A model generated the notes under the pieces. That model was given only the letters and a program-made list of their open reading frames with translations. It did no database searches and was not told the origin of the DNA. This document shows, in pieces, positions 27,086 to 32,000 of a stretch of 32,000 nucleotides of DNA (position 1 is the first letter of the stretch; the number at the start of each line of letters is the position of its first letter). The stretch is from Sunxiuqinia elliptica (GTDB taxonomy: Bacteria > Bacteroidota > Bacteroidia > Bacteroidales > Prolixibacteraceae), in assembly GCF_900113005.1 (NCBI RefSeq), contig NZ_FONW01000007.1:78537-110536 (forward strand), written 5' to 3'. The translations under genes were made by a program, and so were the position numbers.

Positions 27086-27811
27086 TCAATTTGTTTGCTC
27101 ATCCAAAAGCTCTGAGAAATCAACTTCCTGTTCGGCCTCAGCAGAATCGCTTACTTTTTGTTCAGCACAAACCAGTGTTCGCGCTGGATAGCGATTTAAA
27201 ACGTGGTAATCGTGAGTAGCCATCAAAATAGTCTTTCCCTGACTATTAATTTCTTTTAAAATCCCCATCAATTCATCCGAAGTCTCCGGGTCGAGATTCC
27301 CGGTGGGCTCATCAGCCAAGATCAGCTCCGGATCATTTAGAATTGCACGGGCAATCACAACACGTTGCTGTTCTCCACCGGAAAGTTCGTGCGGCATGCT
27401 CTTCAACTTCGACTTCATCCCCACTCGCTCCATCACTTCATGAATCCGGTTTTTAATGGCTTTTTCAATTTTCCAGCCTGTTGCTTTCAAAACAAATTCC
27501 AGATTTTCCTGCACATTACGGTCAGTCAGCAACCTAAAATCCTGAAAAACCACACCCATTTTCCGTCTTAAAAACGGAATTTCCGATCGTTTCAGCTTTC
27601 TTAGGTCAAATCCGGCAACCTCAGCCGTTCCCGAAAACAAATCTAATTCAGCATTTAAAACCTTAATTAAACTGGATTTTCCGCTACCTACTTTCCCGAT
27701 CAAATAAACAAATTCGCCGACCTTAACATCCAGGTTAACATGGGTTAAAATCAACTGATCTTGTTGAAAGACATCAACATCGTGAAGTGCAATAATTGTC
27801 TCGCTACTCAT
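27086..27811 (-). CDS. ftsE: Cell-division ABC transporter ATP-binding protein FtsE
   Basis: 241 aa. Motifs are Walker [10 protein letters not shown], the FtsE-typical block [30 protein letters not shown] signature LSGGEQQRV, Walker [13 protein letters not shown] and H-loop MATHD. It has an acidic C-terminal tail. No ftsX is adjacent. Confidence 0.85.
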   Translation of the reverse strand: MSSETIIALHDVDVFQQDQLILTHVNLDVKVGEFVYLIGKVGSGKSSLIKVLNAELDLFSGTAEVAGFDLRKLKRSEIPFLRRKMGVVFQDFRLLTDRNVQENLEFVLKATGWKIEKAIKNRIHEVMERVGMKSKLKSMPHELSGGEQQRVVIARAILNDPELILADEPTGNLDPETSDELMGILKEINSQGKTILMATHDYHVLNRYPARTLVCAEQKVSDSAEAEQEVDFSELLDEQTN

Positions 27812-27835
27812 AAAGCTGGTTTTACTTGGCTATCA

Positions 27836-27843
27836 CAAAACTA
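27836..27843 (-). promoter_or_regulatory. Candidate -7 box (TAnnTTTG) for ftsE
   Basis: The plus strand reads CAAAACTA, which is TAGTTTTG on the minus strand, an exact consensus match. It is 25 nt upstream of the ftsE ATG. Confidence 0.35.
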
Positions 27844-27968
27844 ACTTTTTTTAAGGAACCAGATAATAAAGCCGGGAAATAAACAGTTTTTTGTGAAGAA
27901 GTCGATGCGCGATTCCGCTGGAAACGAAAACAGAATCGCTATTTTTATGCAAAAATTAAAATGAGTCT

Positions 27969-30900
27969 ATGAGAACAAGAATTGCACTGTTCATCATCTT
28001 ATTATGCTGTTTCACGACTGAAGGTTTTAGCCAGGAGACAGCATACTATCCTTCATTGGAAGCAGAAATCCATCAAGCCAAAGAGCTTTTTGCCAAAGAT
28101 AAATTTATTGTAGCCCAACAACAGTTTTCAGAAATTGCCCAAAAAGCTGATGCCGGATCGGAGATTCAGTCAGAGGCCAATTTCTATCAAGCACTCTGTG
28201 CTTTGCGCCTTGAGAGCAAGAACGGCGAAGCACTGATCGAACGATTTTTGGAAACCAATTCCAGCAGTCCTTATGCCAACAAAGCTTGGTTTGAATTGGG
28301 GAACAAGCAATTTAACGAAGGCAAATATGCGCCCATGCTTCGTTCCTATGCCAAACTTGAAACCACCATTCTTGATAAACAAGACCAGGTTAAAGTAGCT
28401 TACCAAAAGGGTTACGCCTACTTTCAAACCGAAAAATACCAATTGGCGCAAAATGAATTTGAAAAGATAAAAGACACCAATAACCTGTATGCCGGCCCCG
28501 CTAAATATTACTGGGCCCACATTCAATACCTGAATGGCGACTATGATGCCGCCTTGACTGAGTTTAACAAGCTAAAGGATAACCCGGCTTTTGCGGAGCT
28601 CATTCCTTTTTACATGAGCCAGATTTATTATAAAAAAGGACAGTATGCACAGGTGATTGAGTTTACCGTTCCCTTGTTGACAGAAGTATCGGAAGAACAA
28701 CAAGCGGAGTTATCGAAGATAATCGCCAACAGTTATTTTCACTTGCAGAATTTCCAAAAGGCCATCCCCTATTTCGAAGCTTATTTCGCCAGCACCAAAA
28801 GTCGGTCGCGCGATGAAAATTACATGCTCGGATACTGTTACTTCTTTACGGGCCAGTATGCCTTAGCGATTGAGCCTTTGGAAAATGCATCACGCGGGAA
28901 AGATGCTTTAGCCCAAAATGCCTACTATCATTTGGCTGATAGCTACATCAGAACAAATCAAAAAGACAAAGCCCGTGTTGCTTTTGAATCAGCATCTGAG
29001 CTTGATTTTAGTCCGGAGATTAAAGAGGATGCACTTTTCAATTATGCCAAGATAACCTATGAACTCTCCTACTCTCCGTTCAACGAAACCATCAAGGCTT
29101 TCGATAAATACATTTCACTGTATCCAAACTCGGAGCGCAACGACGCTGCCTACGATTACCTGGTAAGCGTTTACATGAGTACCAGCAATTACAAAGAAGC
29201 AATTGAATCGATTGAAAAGATCCAAGTGATGAGTCCTTCGGTAAAACGTGCTTACCAACGTGTTAGCTTTTTCCGCGGTCTGGAACTCTTCAATAACCTA
29301 TATTATCAATCAGCAATCGAACTTTTTGATCAATCCTTGAAATATGCCAGCCTGAGTGCCGAATTTGAAGCGCGGGCTTTATTCTGGAAAGCTGAGGCCA
29401 ACTACCGCCTGGAAAACTACCAACAGGCCGTTATCGGCTTTAACCGATTCCTGAGAGCATCTGGATCCAAGTCTCTTCAGAAATATAAAACAGCACCTTA
29501 CAACTTGGCTTATGCCTATTTCAAACAAAAAGACTATGCTTCGGCAACCAAGCACTTCGAGACTTTCCTATCGAGTAAACCGAGTGTTACAGACCAAAAA
29601 GTAGCTGATGCACTCAACCGATTGGGCGATTGTTATTTTGTTGATCGCGATTACCGCAATGCGATTAAAACTTACGAACAAGCTTTTGAGCTAAAACAAT
29701 ACGACGCAGACTATGCGCTTTTCCAGAAAGCCATTTGCGTGGGCATTCAACGTGATCAGGATCAAAAAATAAGCAACCTGCGTACCCTGTTGCAAACATT
29801 TCCCGAATCTGCATTTATTGATGATGCATTGTTCGAGCTTGGCCGCTCATACGACCGAACCGGACAAGCCAAAGTGGCAGAAGGTTATTATCGCGATTTG
29901 ATAAAAGATTACCCACAAAGCAGCTATCGGCCTAAAGCCATCCTGCAATTGGGACTTGTATTGTATAACCAGTCTGAATTCAAAAAATCGCTTGACACTT
30001 ACAAGCAAGTTATTTCAGAATATCCGAATAGCCCGGAAGCACAATCAGCTTTAATTGGAGTTAAAAACAACTATGTCGAACTAAATAATATTGACGGCTA
30101 CTTCGCCTACACACAACGTCTTGGCTCCGGAGTTCAAGTATCGGTATCAGAACAAGACTCACTGACCTACCTGGCTGCTGAAAGACTTTATATGGGCAGA
30201 GATGCACAAGCCAAAAACCAATTGGAAAAATACTTACGCCAATACCCGAATGGAAGCTTTGGCATCAATGCTCACTTCTATTTAGGAGAACAACGTTACA
30301 ACGACAAAGAATATGCTCAAGCGCTTAATGACTATGAATATGTACTGAGCAAAGAAGACAACATTTTTACAGAGCCAGCCTTGGTTAAAGCTTCGGAGTT
30401 ACAGTTTAATGCGGCAAACTATGAGCAAGCACTGACTTATTACGAACGGCTGGAAAGCATTTCAAACACCAAATGGAATGTGTTGAAAGCTCGCGCCGGG
30501 AAAATGCGAAGTCATCATAAATTGGCGAACTACCAAGAGTGTATTGATGCCGCCAAGCTTTTATTAAGTTCCGATAAGCTTACCGATGTGCTTAAGCGAG
30601 AAGCGAATTACAAGCTGGCCAAGTCCTATTATCAAACCGAACAATTTGATGAAGCGCTTCCTGTATTGGGGCAATTGGCTGAAGACACCAAGTCTGCTGA
30701 AGGAGCCGAAGCCAAATATCTATTGGCAGAGATTCTGGTCAATAAGAACAAGTTGCAACAAGCCGAAGAACAGGTTATGGATTTCATCTCGAAAAACACA
30801 CCTCATCAATATTGGTTAGCTCGAAGCTTTATCTTATTATCCGACATTTACTTGAGCCAGGGAGACCAATTCCAGGCCAAGCACACCATAAAAAGTATTG

Positions 30901-31034
30901 TTGAAAATTACCCGGAGCCTAACGACGGAATTATTGAAACCGCACAGGCCAAGCTGCAACATTTAGAAAACCTGGAACAACAGGAAGAAAAGCAGCAAGA
31001 AAATCCTATGAAAATCAACATTAACGAACAGTAA
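27969..31034 (+). CDS. Large secreted tetratricopeptide-repeat protein with repeated YbgF(CpoB)/BamD-like TPR units
   Basis: 1021 aa with a signal peptide (MRTRIALFIILLCCFTTEGFSQ). It has TPR repeats throughout. A recurring x-Y/F-P-x-S/G motif at repeat starts occurs at least six times: KYISLYPNSERNDAA, LLQTFPESAFIDDA, LIKDYPQSSYRPKA, VISEYPNSPEAQSA, YLRQYPNGSFGINA and IVENYPEPNDG. The C-terminal tail is Q/E-rich. Confidence 0.85.
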   Translation: MRTRIALFIILLCCFTTEGFSQETAYYPSLEAEIHQAKELFAKDKFIVAQQQFSEIAQKADAGSEIQSEANFYQALCALRLESKNGEALIERFLETNSSSPYANKAWFELGNKQFNEGKYAPMLRSYAKLETTILDKQDQVKVAYQKGYAYFQTEKYQLAQNEFEKIKDTNNLYAGPAKYYWAHIQYLNGDYDAALTEFNKLKDNPAFAELIPFYMSQIYYKKGQYAQVIEFTVPLLTEVSEEQQAELSKIIANSYFHLQNFQKAIPYFEAYFASTKSRSRDENYMLGYCYFFTGQYALAIEPLENASRGKDALAQNAYYHLADSYIRTNQKDKARVAFESASELDFSPEIKEDALFNYAKITYELSYSPFNETIKAFDKYISLYPNSERNDAAYDYLVSVYMSTSNYKEAIESIEKIQVMSPSVKRAYQRVSFFRGLELFNNLYYQSAIELFDQSLKYASLSAEFEARALFWKAEANYRLENYQQAVIGFNRFLRASGSKSLQKYKTAPYNLAYAYFKQKDYASATKHFETFLSSKPSVTDQKVADALNRLGDCYFVDRDYRNAIKTYEQAFELKQYDADYALFQKAICVGIQRDQDQKISNLRTLLQTFPESAFIDDALFELGRSYDRTGQAKVAEGYYRDLIKDYPQSSYRPKAILQLGLVLYNQSEFKKSLDTYKQVISEYPNSPEAQSALIGVKNNYVELNNIDGYFAYTQRLGSGVQVSVSEQDSLTYLAAERLYMGRDAQAKNQLEKYLRQYPNGSFGINAHFYLGEQRYNDKEYAQALNDYEYVLSKEDNIFTEPALVKASELQFNAANYEQALTYYERLESISNTKWNVLKARAGKMRSHHKLANYQECIDAAKLLLSSDKLTDVLKREANYKLAKSYYQTEQFDEALPVLGQLAEDTKSAEGAEAKYLLAEILVNKNKLQQAEEQVMDFISKNTPHQYWLARSFILLSDIYLSQGDQFQAKHTIKSIVENYPEPNDGIIETAQAKLQHLENLEQQEEKQQENPMKININEQ

Positions 31035-31045
31035 AAAGGAGACGA

Positions 31046-32000
31046 ATGAAAAAGTCATTTCAATACCATATCGCAGGCTTAGCCATTTTGCTAGCTGCTG
31101 GCCAACAAGCCTATGCGCAGCAAGACAGCACCCGTTTAAAGCAAGAGGTTGAAGTGGTGAAAGCCTACCAACCAAGCATCTCTGATGCTTTTAAAATCAA
31201 TGATCTACCACAGATTAAAGACGAAAAAAAGGATAAACCAACATTCAACTATATAATTAATTCGCAACCGGTTTTCTCAACTTTTGAGGTCAAGCCGGTA
31301 CAGGCAGCCCAAATGGTTGGAGAGCCCAAAGCCGAACTGGGGAAAGGCTTACTAAAAGCAGGAGTTGGCAACTACCTCACCCCCTACGGTGAGCTTTTTT
31401 ACAACACCAAAGCTGGTAAAAACAGTGTATTTGGCTTACACTTTCGCCACCTTTCTTCCAATGGAAACGTTAAGTTGATTAATGATGACAAGGTAGATGC
31501 CCCACGTAGCGAAAATGTTGCAGAACTTTTCACCAAACACTTTTTCCGGAGATCAACCTTAAGCACCAAGTTATTTTTCGATCGTCAAGCTCATAGCTAT
31601 TATGGTTACGCCGGAGAACGCAGATCGGACGAAGCGAAAGAGGACGACTTCCCCTATTGGAATGACAAGCAAGCCTTCTCAAAAGGAGGAATCCAGCTGA
31701 ACTTATCGAACGAAGAGGATACCCGTGCCAACTTAAACTATGACTTTGGGTTAAACTACCATTACTTTGGCACCAAGACCGGACAAACAGAAAACAAAGC
31801 AACTGTTGGAAGTTTGCTACAGAAGGATTTCGACACATTCCAAGGCTTGCTCAATGCTTCCGTAGGATTTGTCCGTACCGATAGCATCTTGAACCAAACC
31901 ACAGGAAACTTTGGGCACAAACAGCAAATTTTGCTCAACATCAGCCCTGCCATTCTTCTGGAAGGAGATGTAGCAAGCTTAAAAGCAGGAATCAACACAT
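31046..32000 (+). CDS. Putative outer-membrane (beta-barrel-like) protein; N-terminal 318 aa only, the gene runs off the right window edge
   Basis: Absent from the ORF track because it has no stop in the window. My translation from the ATG at 31046 gives MKKSFQYHIAGLAILLAAGQQAYAQQDSTRLKQEVEVVKAYQPSISDAFKINDLPQIKD...GLHFRHLSSNGNVKL...NYDFGLNYHYFGTKTG... It has a signal peptide ending AYAQQ and alternating aromatic/hydrophilic stretches typical of beta-strands. It starts 11 nt after the TPR gene stop. The two minus-strand track ORFs in this region are antisense shadows. Confidence 0.6.
   Translation, partial: MKKSFQYHIAGLAILLAAGQQAYAQQDSTRLKQEVEVVKAYQPSISDAFKINDLPQIKDEKKDKPTFNYIINSQPVFSTFEVKPVQAAQMVGEPKAELGKGLLKAGVGNYLTPYGELFYNTKAGKNSVFGLHFRHLSSNGNVKLINDDKVDAPRSENVAELFTKHFFRRSTLSTKLFFDRQAHSYYGYAGERRSDEAKEDDFPYWNDKQAFSKGGIQLNLSNEEDTRANLNYDFGLNYHYFGTKTGQTENKATVGSLLQKDFDTFQGLLNASVGFVRTDSILNQTTGNFGHKQQILLNISPAILLEGDVASLKAGINT

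Noticed and set aside
26932-27123. A 63-aa hydrophobic ORF ([25 protein letters not shown]...) lies downstream of ftsE and overlaps its last 38 nt. I considered it as a small membrane protein or an FtsX remnant.
   Set aside because: It has no recognisable motif and is far too short for FtsX. It overlaps ftsE out of frame, and hydrophobic peptides arise easily from AT-rich sequence. I cannot support it without conservation or ribosome-profiling data.
31530-31998. Two minus-strand track ORFs (31530-31838 and 31762-31998) lie at the right edge of the window.
   Set aside because: They are antisense to an open + strand frame running from the ATG at 31046 to the window end. That frame has a good signal peptide and starts 11 nt after the TPR gene. 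The + strand gene explains the region better.

Overview
All calls come from reading the sequence and the supplied ORF track, with homology recalled from memory; no searches were run. The window looks like a moderately AT-rich chromosomal segment of a Bacteroidota genome. This rests on a SusC/SusD pair, TAnnTTTG-type -7 boxes, lipoprotein and SPI signal peptides, and a flavodiiron FprA that suggests an anaerobic or microaerophilic lifestyle.

Gene order, left to right:
- a truncated Tat-signal SGNH hydrolase, 4-nt coupled to a small P-loop ATPase
- the hexuronate genes uxaB and uxaA
- fprA, mltG, a small secreted protein, a HAD phosphatase and a CPBP intramembrane protease
- a stand-alone PAS-like protein carrying a cysteine cluster
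- an all-minus-strand glycan-utilisation locus (9.4-23.0 kb): TPR-TM-LuxR regulator, YgjK-type GH63, LacZ-type GH2, split LysO exporter, SusC, SusD, esterase
- murB, a GT4 glycosyltransferase and an orphan alpha/beta-hydrolase-like protein
- ftsE, a 1021-aa TPR protein and a truncated putative outer-membrane protein

I saw no tRNA, rRNA, CRISPR array, transposase, integrase, prophage gene or recognisable defence gene.

The best candidates for something undescribed are:
1. The non-canonical PUL, whose beta-galactosidase is translationally coupled to a split LysO-family exporter. It appears to be controlled by a membrane-tethered TPR-LuxR one-component regulator.
2. A 163-nt intergenic element (25470-25632) that folds by hand into a long rod with about 8 G-U pairs. 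These only work for the + strand transcript, so it is a candidate structured ncRNA.
3. The Cys-cluster PAS protein.

Most of the rest is ordinary housekeeping content. All functional hypotheses below are inference and are labelled as such.
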